Shown here piece by piece: positions 26,041-39,862 of a stretch of DNA of 64,000 nucleotides. Numbering within the stretch: position 1 is the stretch's first letter; every line of letters starts with the position of its first letter. The notes below the pieces were generated by a model. That model saw only the letters and a list, made by a program, of their open reading frames with translations, had not been told where the DNA came from and searched no databases. Both the position numbers and the translations under genes were made by a program. Origin of the DNA: Octopus sinensis (lineage: Eukaryota); assembly GCF_006345805.1 (NCBI RefSeq), contig NC_043001.1:112096001-112160000 (forward strand). Reading direction: 5' to 3'.

Positions 26041-26859
26041 AAAAAAAAAGAACAAAAGAATATTTCTTGAGATTTTACAGATTAGTGCACACAGCCCTCT
26101 TAGTTGGAGAAACAACGGCTCGTACATTATACTTAGCCATAACTAATATACTTCATTACTTATTCCACCGAGTTGTAAGTAGATATCACGTGGGTGTACA
26201 ACTCTATCTTGTATTTAGCCATTACTTATTAATCTGTTCTAATTTACAAAGCTGATTTTAAAACACACAAATTTTGATTTCTAAGACGGAGCTCGTTAAC
26301 TAGGGTTTGGGCCACATCCTACCGAGAGGAAGGAAAATATTGATTCCGCTCCTTTACTGTCTTGCGGCCATACGCAACCATGGAAAAGGTTTCAGGGATA
26401 AACCGAGAGAAAAATTGGAGGCAGTTTGACGTTGTCTACCACGACATTCTGCAATTTCTGCGAGGCTGCTTGTACAGAATTGTAAGGCTGTGCTGTTCGT
26501 CTTGATTCCTCGGTGTGGAAATAGGAGACATGCAGCATGGATAACAATCTGTCCTCTCCACCGTACTGTTCGGGTTTGGATCCTATCAAATGACATATAC
26601 TGAAGAGGCTAATGAAGGTAGCAGAAGAAGGACGGGTTCACAGTAAAGTACAATTCAGCTCAACAGCAGTAGGACACCACACTCGACTCGAGAGGCAGTG
26701 TTTGCCATTTCCACTTCATACTATTTAGTCACAGAAAGCACTTTCGTTTAAGCATTCAGAATATGACAGGATACGACTGCTGAACTGCCGTTCATTTAAC
26801 AGGAAGGGTTGCATGTTAAACGCCGTAACCGGCATGCAATTGGGAAAGGTGAATTTAAT

Positions 26860-27272
26860 TCTTTATTGCCCACAAGGGGCTAAACATGGAGGAGACAAAC
26901 AATGACAGACAAAGGGACTAAGTCGATTACATCGATCCCAGTGCGTAACTGGTACTTATTTAAGCGACCCCGAAAGGATGAAAGGCAAAGTTGATCTCAG
27001 CGGAATTTGAATTCAGAACGTAACGGCAGAGGAAATACCTATTTCTTTACTACCCACAAGGGGCTAAACACAGAGGGGACAAACTAGGACAGACAAAGGG
27101 ATTAAGTCGATTATATCGACCCCAGTGAGTAACTGGTACTTAATTTATCGACTCCCAAAGGATGAAAGGCAAAGTCGACCTCGGCGGAATTTGAACTCAG
27201 AACGTAACGGCAGACGAAATACCACTAAGCATCTCACGTGGCGTGCTAACGATTCTGCAATCTCGTCGCCTT
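26860..27272 (-). mobile_element. SINE family C with tandemly duplicated body
   Basis: Two consecutive ~180-bp bodies behind a single head. Confidence 0.87.
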
Positions 27273-27520
27273 AATTGCGAAAAGTGAATTGTCACATTAT
27301 TAGTAATAAACTGTATTTTCATACGTCTGAGGTCTATAAAATTAAGTACTTATTAAGTATTTTGGCTCGATTTTATCAGCTACTGACCTCTTCTTAGGAT
27401 AGCTGACTTTGCGTTTATGTAAGAAATCATTATTATAAATGATAAAAGATACGTACCGAGTTAAAATTCTGATATGCATTTAAGTAGTGTTTATGCGTTT
27501 GTCGGTTAATCACGGTATAT

Positions 27521-27977
27521 TTTACCTCCGTCTTAGCGAAAGTGGAGGTATTTTTTTCAGTCGTGATTGCTTGTTCGTTTGTTTGTCCATGGACAAAATA
27601 TCTCAAGAAGCGCTAAATGAATTCAGATGAAACTTTCAGTGGCGTTTGGCCTCGTAACTGACACGAACCGATTAGATTTTGAGATCGATCTGGCACCGGT
27701 CGAAGATTCTGGATTATTTTTCCTTTTTCTTAAACTTAATTTTTAGAGCAGTCGGGTGCATTTTTAGTATTCTCGTTTATGAGAGCAGTCGAGTTTATTT
27801 AAGATATTCTCATTTTAACAATCATCTCTGGCTAATCGTTGAGAGGATTCTCGTTTAGTATTCTTGTTTGTTAGAGTAGCCGGGTTTAATTCACATATTC
27901 TCATTTTAAAAATCATCGTTGGTTAATCGTTGAGGTGTTGTCTTGTCGGAGGTTTGCGCTCTTTGCATGCTTTTGTT
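27521..27977 (+). mobile_element. Probable Helentron-associated non-autonomous element (HINE-like)
   Basis: Starts TTACCTCCG with a short hairpin and ends CGGAGGTTTGCGCTCT...TGCTTTTGTT (subterminal inverted repeat plus 3' palindrome); internal short duplication. Confidence 0.55.
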
Positions 27978-28642
27978 AAATATATATTTACTACCATGCT
28001 ATAATTATACAGAGTTTAATTCAAGTAGTAAACTTCATGGATTTATATGTGGTGAAATGATCTTAGTATACAATACTGTATATATTATACAAAAGGTGTT
28101 GACTTGTTTCGTTTCAGCTGTGATCATAATTATTTTCACCTTCAACTCTGACATTATCTAGGACTACATTATTCAATGCATCATTCTTCTATTGTCTGTC
28201 ATTTCTGGTATATTGTACGGTCATACAAAGGACCCATATTAGTCGCAAAATCTGGTAAGTGAAATGCCTACAGCGTTGGTACCCCAAAGTAGGATCTCTA
28301 TTCCAGCCGGTATTTTATTAAAGTTCCGCTGAAAAACAATGATATAAGGCTGCCGTTAAATTTTGTCGTACATGGAAAGGAGTCCCATAAAATTTCTTAG
28401 TAATTAGATATAAAAACCAGAAGGAAAAATTAATATTTTTTTTCTTTTTACTAGTACTTTTCATTAAACTTATGAGTTTCTACTACGTTTTTCGTTATTT
28501 CGTGCGACGATTTAAAAAATGATTTACTTATGTAATAACTAATTTCAAATTTCTTCTTCTTGTAAACGATCATCTGTATTCTGAAAATAATTTCCCAGGT
28601 GCCTAAAGCTATGCAACCGCTGGACTGCATCGTTTGGTTGTT

Positions 28643-28892
28643 TCTTCTTCTTCTTCTTCTTCTTCTTCTTCTTCTTCTTCTTCTTCTTCTTCTTCTTCTT
28701 CTTCTTCTTCTCTTCTTCTTCTTCTTCTTCTTCTTCTTCTTCTTCTTCTTCTTCTTCTTCTTCTTCTTCTTCTTCTTCTTCTTCTTCTCTCTNNNNNNNN
28801 NNNNNNNNNNNNNNNNNNNNNNNNNNNNNNNNNNNNNNNNNNNNNNNNNNNNNNNNNNNNNNNNNNNNNNNNNNNNNNNNNNNNNNNNNNNN
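28643..28892. other. (CTT)n microsatellite running into a 100-N assembly gap (28793-28892)
   Basis: Direct reading of the sequence. Confidence 0.97.
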
Positions 28893-29024
28893 AAATACGT
28901 AAATTGCTTTGGAATCTACACAGAATATATGCGTGTTTATACATTATGTGTGTATGAATGTGTATATATATGTATGTGTGTATGAACGTATGTACATATG
29001 TATGTTTATATGTATGTATGTATG

Positions 29025-29077
<53 letters not shown>

Positions 29078-29188
29078 ATACATATATATACATTTATATA
29101 TTATATACTCACATATATGTATGTATATGTGCATGTATGTATATATATGCATATATATCTACTTATATAGTATTCATGCTATATATAC

Positions 29189-29233
<45 letters not shown>

Positions 29234-29619
29234 ATACTGACTCACATACGCGTATAGAAGATGCTGCATGTTATATGTACACTTATCCTCGGTTGCTTGC
29301 TTGTATTAAAACTTGTAAACACAGTTTATTGAATGCAGCCAACTTCTATTCTTGGGCTACGATATAAATGACCAAAACAATAAACAGCCAGAGGTCATTT
29401 GAAAATAGTTGGCATTAAAGGGTCTAAAACCTTACGTCTTTCATAGTGCCACAGGTAATTTTAAGGCCGATTACAAATGGTAATTTCGGTTGGGACTATA
29501 GATACTTGTGTTAGAAGTTTGTTATTCACAAGATCATTGTTTTTCAACACAGACCCTTTTTTACAGCTAATTCTAATTTATTGATATTAACTTCATACTG
29601 AATAACTTAATCTGTAGAA

Positions 29620-29682
<63 letters not shown>

Positions 29683-29878
29683 ATCTGTCTGTCTATCTAT
29701 CTATCTCTCTATCTACCTATCTGTCTGTCTGTCTATCTATCCATTTCTCTGTCTATTTGTCTTTCTCCTCTGTATATGCATGTGTGCATGCATGCATGTA
29801 TGTATGTATGTATGTATGTATGTATGTATGTGTATGTAGTGGTATGTATGTATGTATGTATGTATTATATATGTATAT

Positions 29879-29937
<59 letters not shown>

Positions 29938-30023
29938 ATATATATATACATATATACCGCGTGTGTACCGTTGGCGATTTTTTTTCCTCTGTCTTCCCTT
30001 CTCTGGATCTTTCCTTCTCCTAT

Positions 30024-30058
30024 GTTTCCAACGAAGAGCTCCGCTCGAAACGTTAAAC
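30024..30058 (+). ncRNA. Degenerate minimal hammerhead motif
   Basis: GTTT-CCAACGA-A-GAGC-tcc-GCTC-GAAAC-GTT-AAAC. Confidence 0.5.
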
Positions 30059-32156
30059 CCCCCTTCTTCCCTTCCTTCCTGAGCGTCCAATAACACTATA
30101 CTTGTTCCACGTCCTCGCGTTGTTGTGTTTTCTCTATGTGTTTTCATGTTTGGATTAACTATGTATGTATGTATGTGTGTATGCATAACCAGGATTCAAG
30201 AATACCTTGTATGTTCGCTGGTTAATGAAGAGGTTATTATGGCCCATGCTATCCTGTTTGTAGCAGATGAAAGCTAACTTCGTTCCAGGGATCGGTGCAT
30301 CCGTGTAATACTATTCCCTCCTCTTTGTGCACTTAAAGCCATCTCTGCATTCGGAGATGGAGTGGAACCAATGACGATTGTCAATAACAGGTTTGAAAGT
30401 ACTTAATTCAAGTGGCGAGATGCTGTGTTTGTTACCTGTCGAGAGTTCGCTATGCTGTACTATTTTCAACTGGAGACAATTGCCTATCCAGAATCCCTGT
30501 CTTGCCCATCACATCAGCGTCTTGTACAGCATGAGCAAGAAGCTGATGTGGTCTACTTTTCGAGGACTTTAATGCTGGTAATAAAGTGGGTGTGGAGGAT
30601 GGAGCGGAGCCAGCGATTAAGGAGTTAGTTATAGGATGCGAAGGTCGGTAAACCACAACTCGGGGCCGTGCTGGAAGGTATTCAATGCAATTCAATGATT
30701 GCCTTTGCCAGTTTATTTTTAAAATCTTTGTCGGTTTTAGCATGTAACAAGACGGTGGGGCCCTGGTGTCTGAACTCGTGAACTGTTTTTCGTGTCACTG
30801 ATATTGAAGAAAGAAATGTGCCATTCCTCCTGAACTGTGGGCTGGGAAGAACCTTCTTTAATCTGTCTTCCAGTCTAAGGAACTTGGCAGACTCATCTGA
30901 AAAGAAATCCCATTTACGCTGAGTAATGGTCTCTTGATTCGAGGCGAAATGTTTTACACCGGGCTCAGAGTCTAATAAAACCTCTGTAGCCACAAGTGTT
31001 TGTGCAAATTTAGTTCTCTTTTCGAGTACAAGGTAAGGTCTGATCCTAACCTAACGTCTAGGTAATCTAGAGAAAGTGTATACATAATACATAGCCTCTC
31101 CAGTTTCGAAATGAACCTCGTATGGCCCTTTTCCGGCTTTCAAGATAAGAGGCCACTGCAAATGACTTCGTCAACATTATTTCTTTAGCTGAAAAATCAT
31201 TTCTTCTGTTCCTTCCGTTTCCACAGAAGGTGCTATATCATGGTGTAAGCGGTTCTTCATTATTTTTCTTCATTGGTATTCTATAAAATGTATAACTATA
31301 GCACCGTAAGTTAGCGATAAACCATTAACTGTATATACACACGCTTACAGGATTTATTCTCCGTTGAAGAATTTTTCTTTCTGCTGCGACAATAATCCAG
31401 AGTGTGTATATCTATTTAGGCAGGCATGATATACATTCATCTCTTCATATTCTTCTGGCCACCATTTCCACCATAAGATATGTGTCAATCATCGTTAATT
31501 CCTATGAATCTGCTGAAAAGTGTTTACACATTTATCTACCTTGGATGGTGGATACGCAAAATATTTGAAATGAGGTGGGATTACTTGTCTGGTGGGATTT
31601 CATTTCACACTGTACATTCTTGGTTTAAATCTTGCTTTGACTGATTTTAATGTTTCTGAAGTATTACCTGTTGTTATTTTATAACATTTGGCCAGACGTA
31701 GCGTGACAAACAAACGTATCATCGAAGACATTCCAGCTGTGACCATCCCGTATATTGGCTCGTGATGATTGCATCTAAGACTCTATTACTCGATATGTCT
31801 TTCAAAAAATAGGGCTTGAATTGGTTATACAGCAGTAACTTCTAGCGGGTCGAGAGATCGTGTTGGGGTGGACTCTCTTTATTGAAACGAACTTGTAGTT
31901 AGGTCTTTTCTTCACTCACCGTCTATACTCAATCTCATTCGGATGTGGAGAAAAAAGTATGTAAAAAAGTGAAATAAACAGACTTCTTAATGCAATATGT
32001 TTACTTCTCTAGATGGACTAAAGCAGCAAATGTCAAATATCTAGATCTTGGTCCTGGGTAACTGCAATATCTGGTTAGTGAAAGCTACAGTGTACAGCGA
32101 CTCCGACGTCGCTTATCCACGAAGCTGTTCCTTCATATAATATCTATAGAGATTTA

Positions 32157-32534
32157 GGAGGCGCAATGGCCCAGTGGTTAGGGCAGCGGACTCGCGGTCA
32201 TAGGATCGCGGTTTCGATTCCCAGACCGGGCGTTGTGAGTGTTTATTGAGCGAAAACACCTAAAAGCTCCACGAGGCTCCTGCAGGGGGTGGTGGTGATC
32301 CCTGCTGTACTCTTTCACCACAACTTTCTCTCACTTACTTCTGTTTCTGTTGTACCTGTATTTCAGGGGGCCGGCCTTGTCACTCTCTGTGTCACGCTGA
32401 ATATCCCCGAGAACTACGTTGGGGTACACGTGTCTGTGGAGTGCTCAGCCACTTACACGTTAATTTCACGAGCAGGCTGTTCCGTTGATTCGGATCAACC
32501 GGAACCCTCGTCGTCGTAACCGACGGAGTGCTTC
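32157..32534 (+). mobile_element. SINE family A, full length
   Basis: A and B boxes; TSD ATAGAGATTTA. Confidence 0.92.
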
Positions 32535-33010
32535 TATCCATAGAGATTTAGCAGCATAAAATAAATTGTCTGGTGAAGGGCTTATTTCAGTAGTAAGGCT
32601 ATGGACAGGCTGATTATTTCGGTGGTGTCGGAATGGGGCGGAGGTGAAATCTAATATGAAGCCTTTCCTTTAGGGATTCGGAATGAAATTATAGACTTCT
32701 GCACAGGAAGTTAAGGGTCTGAAAATTGCGTATGTAGATAGAAAATCACTGGAAATTGTACAAAATGGAATTTACAACCAGAAACTTCAATTTAATGACA
32801 GGAAATATTCCACCTCTTTTCTTTTTGCTTCTTTCTGTTTTTCTTTCTTTCCTATTGTTTTAGTTATTTCCCTGGGAAAGTTCGAGAAGAAAAAAAAAAT
32901 GCTATATGCACACAGACATGCATATAGACATATATATACACACACATATACATATAGATATATACTATATATATATACATATATATATGAATAAATATAT
33001 ATATATGTAG

Positions 33011-33054
<44 letters not shown>

Positions 33055-33520
33055 ATATATATATATATAATATATATATATGTAGAAATATAAATATATA
33101 TATATATAAATATATATATAATGTGTAGAAATAAATATATATATATATATGTAGAAAGAGAGAGGGAGAATAGGACTGATCGAGTAATTACTAAAACTGG
33201 GAGAATGATACGCACTATCCATCCTTCCACCCACCCATCCTTCCACCCATCCTTCCACCCACCCATCCATCCATCCATCCATCCTTCCACCCACCCATCC
33301 TTCCATCCATCCATCCATCCATCCATCCATAATACATACATATATACATACACACATGCGTACATACACACATGCATATAGATGCAAATATGTGTGTGCG
33401 TGCTTTTGTAGGTATGCACATTTATGTGCATGCTTGTATGTATGCATGTATGTATGTTTATATATATATGTATGTGTGTGTGTGTCTGTGTGTCTGTGTG
33501 TTTATATGTGTGAGTATGAG

Positions 33521-33558
<38 letters not shown>

Positions 33559-33683
33559 ATGATACATGCATTCACGTCACTTGCAGCAAAATGAACAAGC
33601 AAGAGAAAAGCGAGAACGAAGGAGAGAAAGGTGGAGAGGGAGAGACAGGGAGAAAGTGAGAGAGAGAGGGAGAGAAGGAGGGA

Positions 33684-33720
<37 letters not shown>

Positions 33721-33990
33721 TTAAAAAATGGTGAAAGTGATAATAGAAAAGAAAGAGCAACACTAATTATTGAAGGTAAATATTTTGGCGGGGGTGTCTC
33801 CCACAAAAGGTGACAAAACAGCATTATAGATGAACAATTAGAGGAATGAAAATCAATAATAACCAAGTATAAACCTCTCTAAAAAACACCAGCATCAACA
33901 ATAATGTCAGGAACAAACCAGAGAAGTTATCTAAGCATAGGCGATCGTTATGCTAGACATAGCAGCCAAATCTTCCTTAGATTTTTTTTT

Positions 33991-34313
33991 GGAAGCACTC
34001 CGTCGGTTACGACGACGAGGTTTCCGGTTGATCCGAATCAACGGAACAGCCTGCTCGTGAAATTAACGTGTAAGTGGCTGAGCACTCCACAGACACGTGT
34101 ACCCTTAACGTAGTTCTCGGGGATATTCAGCGTGACGCAGAGAGTGACAAGGCCGGCCCTTTGAAATACAGGTATAACAGAAACAGGAAGTAAGAGTGAG
34201 AGAAAGTTGTGGTGAAAGAGTACAGCAGGGATCACCACCATCCCCTGCCGGAGCCTCGTGGAGCTTTAGGTGTTTTCGCTCAATAAACACTCACAACGCC
34301 CGGTCTGGGAATC
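33991..34313 (-). mobile_element. SINE family A, 5'-truncated
   Basis: Homology to family A. Confidence 0.9.
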
Positions 34314-35584
34314 CTTAGATTATCTATACTGTCTTTAACATGGTCAGAATTGATAATATTGTCCAAGTACATTATGCCGTAAATAATATTGGAACGATTA
34401 TGTTTGGCATAATTTCGATCCTGGGTTAATCGATTACAGTTGCCTTGAAGTGAAACAACATTAAGAAGTGTTGCATGAAACATTGTCACTTTGGTTAATG
34501 AAGGCCTAGCTTCATTTGGTCTGTAAAAAGATAGGCTGATCACACCAGAATGTATTTGTTCATAGTTATGCTTCATCAGAGCTGAAACCAATAGCAACTA
34601 CCACCACAACAGCAATAGCAATACTTGGTACAAACAACTACAGCAACTTAATACGTTACCTCAACAACCACTACGACCTCAAGAAAATCAGAACTCAATA
34701 TATTATCAGTAGCTAAAACAAAAAAATAAATAAATACAAAAACTAAGCAATAATACCAACAATCCTCAATTACAATGTCACACAAATAACCTTTAACAAC
34801 AAGAGCAACAGAATTTTCAATGTTCCTACCCACAAGAAAATTACTGTCGAAGGAAGTGCGGGAAAATTCATTTGGAATTAAGCGATAAACTCTAACTAAA
34901 GAAATAAAAAGGTACCTTTTTTCACAAAGGAAGCCTTTCTGGTGGAAAAAAATATTGTTAGTTTCTTTTTTTTATTTTTTGTCTCCAAACATTCGTAAAT
35001 AATATAATTGCTTCGTCAAAGTAAACAGTTACAAGATGTAACAAAGTGCATCTGAGTGAATGCAAAGCTATTTACATGCCTGTAACTTATTTTCTTTTGG
35101 CATGGATGAAATCTACCGGCATATGATGAGATTCGTTCAATTTCAAATGCTTCAGAACTAAGAAAGAATTGCAGAATTGCATCTGTCATTTTGATATGCT
35201 GTACAGAATGTGCGAAAATAGGTGAAACGAAAATAAAAGAAAACCTTCATTCATAAAACTGATACGAAACAAAACGATGCCACTGTGAGTAGGTAATTTA
35301 TCTCAGAACCTTAAAAGCTCAGCGAAATCACAACAAATTCAAAATTCTCAGTATAGTAGATAATAGTGATATTGTATTTATGGTATACCGTTATACTGTG
35401 TAAAATGCGAAGTATATCTATATAACATTTCATCCAAGAATGGAATAAAAGTAAGATTTGTATGGTGCATTTGAATATTGGTTAAAATTACAATCATAGA
35501 AGGAAAAGATAATGTCACCTCTACTCCATAGTCTACGTCACTACACTTAATTACATTAACAACTAATTTAGTCGGAAGAATATA

Positions 35585-35775
35585 TATTTCTTTACTACCC
35601 ACAAGGGGCTAAACACAGACGGAGAGAGAAACGGATTAAGTCGATTACATCGACCCCAGTGCGTAACTGGTACTTAATTTATCGACCCCGAAAGGATGAA
35701 AGGCAAAGTCGACCTCGGCGGAATTTGAACCCAGAACGTAACGGCATGCTAAAGTTTCTGCCAGCTCGCCGCCTT
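35585..35775 (-). mobile_element. SINE family C
   Basis: Homology to family C. Confidence 0.82.
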
Positions 35776-35998
35776 AGTCGGAAGAATATATTGTTAAATT
35801 TGAAGACTACGCGGAAGTTCAGGTTGTGGGTTTCATTTTTAAGGAATACGAGGTGATAGCAGAAGCTAATTGCGGTAGGTCTGCGAATCGGCAACTGGAG
35901 AGGCAAAACCATGCCAACGTACAGCACAGTAGGTCGATGGACAGATGGACCAGAGAAACTGCACGGTGTGTAGTTTGACCTGGACATCAAAGTAAATA

Positions 35999-36131
35999 TA
36001 AGGTTGTCCCAAAAGTTCGTAGAAAGTCTTGGAAAATAATGGTCTTTATTTTGAGGAATAATTTTTGTTGTTTTTGTCGAGTAAAAATTCAATTTTCGCA
36101 AGTGTTTACGAACTTTTGGGACAACCTAATA
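35999..36131. mobile_element. Mariner-type MITE (~130 bp)
   Basis: 21-bp TIRs AGGTTGTCCCAAAAGTTCGTA / TACGAACTTTTGGGACAACCT with TA flanks. Confidence 0.8.
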
Positions 36132-36589
36132 ATAACTGAGATAAGTTTACAAGCAGGGTGACCTGACCCACCCAGAAATTAGCCGAGAGGAAATTATCAC
36201 TAAAAAGTCGAGCAGAGGTGGCGAATGCTCACATTACCGCTTTAATTACTTGCCGCCTGGCCGTTGCACCTTGCCCCAAACCACGTTTGGCCGGATTGAG
36301 CGTTTACCTTTCTAATTTCTGTGGAAAGGACGTGTTCCACTGGTCAGGTGGTCCATCTGTTGCCAGTACCCTCTGGATGGCGAGGTTGATATGTCATAGA
36401 TTTTCCTTGATCGTGAGCCAGTGTGGTCTCCCTTTGTAAGAGACACTTCTTCGCAGCTCTTTGACGGAATTGCAATCCTGGGTCAAGAAATGATTAAACT
36501 TAGGCCCCTTGCATCTGGAATCTCGTCAGGCGCCCACTGGTTTCAACCAATCGGGCTTTACACTTGGTGGAAGTTCTACGCTAGCTAGC

Positions 36590-36620
<31 letters not shown>

Positions 36621-36621
36621 C

Positions 36622-37235
36622 ATGGTAAGAGCGATGATGTTCTCGGAGAAGCACATGGCGCAAACGTGGATAAACTAGTTGGTCTTTCTCGGAGAACTTT
36701 CGGGCCCGGTACTACCATCGACAATTTCCAGAAATCTTTGGTCTGGTAGTGCTACCGACAAACACTGCCAGTTTGAAATAAACTCTACAGGGCCGGAAAC
36801 GCTGTCAAGCAGGAACGTCCGAAATGCGCGCGGATTGACGAAACCGTCCTGCATGTACTTGTGCAGTGTCCGAGTCATGCTGACATGTAGAGTTATGTCG
36901 AATAGTGAGGAAGGACACCTTACCCTTCGGTCAAGCTTTCATCAATTTATTAAGATCCACTTGGAAAGGAAAGTGAGGGGAAAGAGCTAAGTACTACCTC
37001 AAGTGAATTTGCGAAAAGATGGGTGACTGCGGCAAAAATAGTTACAATGAATGGCTTTGTAGAATAGAAAGCATGAGAGAGGGCTCGTACTTTTGGTAGT
37101 TAGGGTCATCTTGTATTTTGTATACTAAGTATACTTTTATCACATTTTACTTGGTAAATCCACACGCAAATTGTCTTCTATCTTTGTGATGTCACCCCCC
37201 TCTATGCGCTGGTGGAAAAATAAAAGAAATTATCC
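36622..37235 (+). mobile_element. L1/Tx1-like 3' fragment (zf-RVT)
   Basis: PKCARIDETVLHVLVQCPS knuckle-like motif; FIKIHLERKVRG C-terminal motif. Confidence 0.55.
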
Positions 37236-37370
37236 TTCTTCTACGTTCTGAGTTCAAATTCCGCCGGGGTTCACTTTGCCTTTCACCCCTTTCGAGAGTC
37301 GATAAATTAAGTATAAATCAAGTACTAGGATTGATTACAAATTTCAGGCCTTGTGTCTACAGGAGAAAGG

Positions 37371-37436
<66 letters not shown>

Positions 37437-37616
37437 TATTATTATATATTATAGTAGTAGTAGTAGTAGTAGTAGAATCAGTAGTAATAATAGTAGAAGT
37501 GGTAAGGCAGCCAGCTGGCAGAATCGTTAGCACACCGGGCAAAATGCTTAGCATTTGGTCCGTCGCTACGTTCTGAGTTCAATTCCGCCGAGGTCGACTT
37601 TGCCTTTCATCTACTA

Positions 37617-37705
<89 letters not shown>

Positions 37706-37709
37706 ACTA

Positions 37710-37746
<37 letters not shown>

Positions 37747-38020
37747 GCTACTACCGGTAGTAAGTAGTAGTAGTATCCTCTTTCACATCATCATTATCAA
37801 CACCACTACTATCATGATCTTCATAATCATCAACATCATTATTATAATGATGATGACGATGATGATGATGATGAGGACGATGACGATGATAACAATGATG
37901 ATGATGATGATGAATGTGATGACGACGACGATGGTGATGATGATAACGATGATGATGAATATGATGGATGACGATGGTGATGATGATAATGATCATGTTG
38001 ATGATGATGTTGATGATGAT
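37371..38020. repeat. Trinucleotide microsatellite cluster (TAT, TAG, CTA, CTG, GAT) with SINE C fragments
   Basis: Direct reading of the sequence. Confidence 0.9.
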
Positions 38021-38382
38021 GAATGCGCAGAAAAGGAAATAAGAAAAACAAGTAAAATGTAACAAAAAAAAAAACAGCAAAAAAAACAAAAAAAAAGTAA
38101 AAAAAAAAAAAACACCTTAAATATATGTAACACTAAATCTTGCATCCCAGTGTTAGGGAAAGAAAAAAATATTCATAATAATAGTGAGGCTGAAGTTTTC
38201 AACTTTACCGGGGGTTGTTCACATTTATTCATTCCAGTCTGTCCCCGAAATTATAGGGAGCGAATCACTTTTTTTTACGATTTTCCGGGATCCATTCCCG
38301 CTCACCAGTTCGTCTCGCTACGTGAAAGGCAAATACAGTAATTAAGGATATACGCTGTATATGCATTATGAAGGTATGCGTA

Positions 38383-38413
<31 letters not shown>

Positions 38414-38414
38414 C

Positions 38415-38473
<59 letters not shown>

Positions 38474-38814
38474 CTTATATATATGTATATATGTATATCT
38501 ATATATATATATATAAATATATGTATATGTATATATATGTGTATATATACATACATGGATAAATACATATGTATATAGGTATATATATATATAAACATAT
38601 ATATATATATTTATATACATGTATACATGCACACACACATATAGGGATATATATATGCATATATATGTGTATATATATTTATATGGATATATGTGTATAT
38701 ATGTATATATTTATATGTGTGTGTGTGCATGCGGGAATAGATAGTTGTGGTGGAGGTATTGATGGTGTGGGTGCTGTGGGTGCTTGAGTGTGTATGTATG
38801 TGTATGTGCGAGTG

Positions 38815-38857
<43 letters not shown>

Positions 38858-39390
38858 ATTAATTATATACATATATATACACACATTTATATGTGTATGC
38901 ATATATATATGTATTTATGCGTATATATAAGTCTAAATATATTTATATGTTTTTTATGTGTGTGTGTGTGTGTGTGAATAGACGGTTGTGGTGGATGTAT
39001 TGGTGATGTCGGTGCTGGAGGTGCGTGTGTGTGTACATATGTGAGTGTGAGTGAATGTGTGTTTCATATCCTTCCTTTGTAAAGTTTTATTCGAGCGTCC
39101 TTGTGTGTCTTTATGTCTCTATGATTCTTTCAATATGTTATATGTGTGTACTACACACAATCATACACACACACACATACACACATATATATAGCTAGAT
39201 ATATACATATATACTTACACATACGTACGCATTCGTACGCATGCTCTCACATGCACGCATTCACGCGTACGCGCTGATATATATATAAACTGATAAGTTT
39301 GGCGCGAATGCGTTGGTCTTGAAAATTTTAAGACAGATATTCCCGAGGCATTGATACAGTCGCCTCGTGTATATCCGTCTCTCCCAGGTT

Positions 39391-39491
39391 TCTTTTACTG
39401 ATGAAGTGTGACCTATGGTAGACTAGCTTTATTTAATTTAATTAAGCTGGTCTATCATTAAAGACACCGAAACGATGCATCGTATAAAAGA
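39391..39491 (+). ncRNA. Type I hammerhead ribozyme, array copy 1
   Basis: Stem I TCTTTTA/TAAAAGA; core CTGATGA (39398); stem II GTGT/ACAC plus a 15-bp extension; GAAA; stem III ACGA-TGCA-TCGT; GUA cleavage triplet, predicted cut after 39484. Confidence 0.88.
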
Positions 39492-39862
39492 TGAATTAGG
39501 GTAACGTTTTTAAATTTTCACCTTATTTCCGAATTGCACTACTTGGCGGTTGGAGTTCTGGCTGCTCTTTCTGGTGGACGAATGGCCTGTTTAGGCCATT
39601 CCTAAATTGCTATATTTATATATATTTAGTCTTTGACTATTTTCTCTTTTCCACTAGCCGCTGGTAGCGATAAATTTTTACTGAATTTTTTGCTACCCTA
39701 AATTGATTAATTGATAATTTTCTGACTAATTCTGAGATTGAATCGGCAGTTTATATTTGCTGCCGATAAGTTTGGCGCGAATGCGTTGGTCTTGAAAATT
39801 TTAAGACAGATATTCCCGAGGCATTGATACAGTCGCCTCGTGTATATCCGTCTCTCCAGGTT

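Noticed and set aside
30190-31000. Overlapping 60-100-aa ORFs in complex sequence
   Set aside because: Stop-interrupted with no recognisable motif; probably a decayed TE that I cannot assign.
32157-32230. tRNA-like sequences with A and B boxes
   Set aside because: They are SINE heads continuing into SINE bodies; no complete cloverleaf or terminator.
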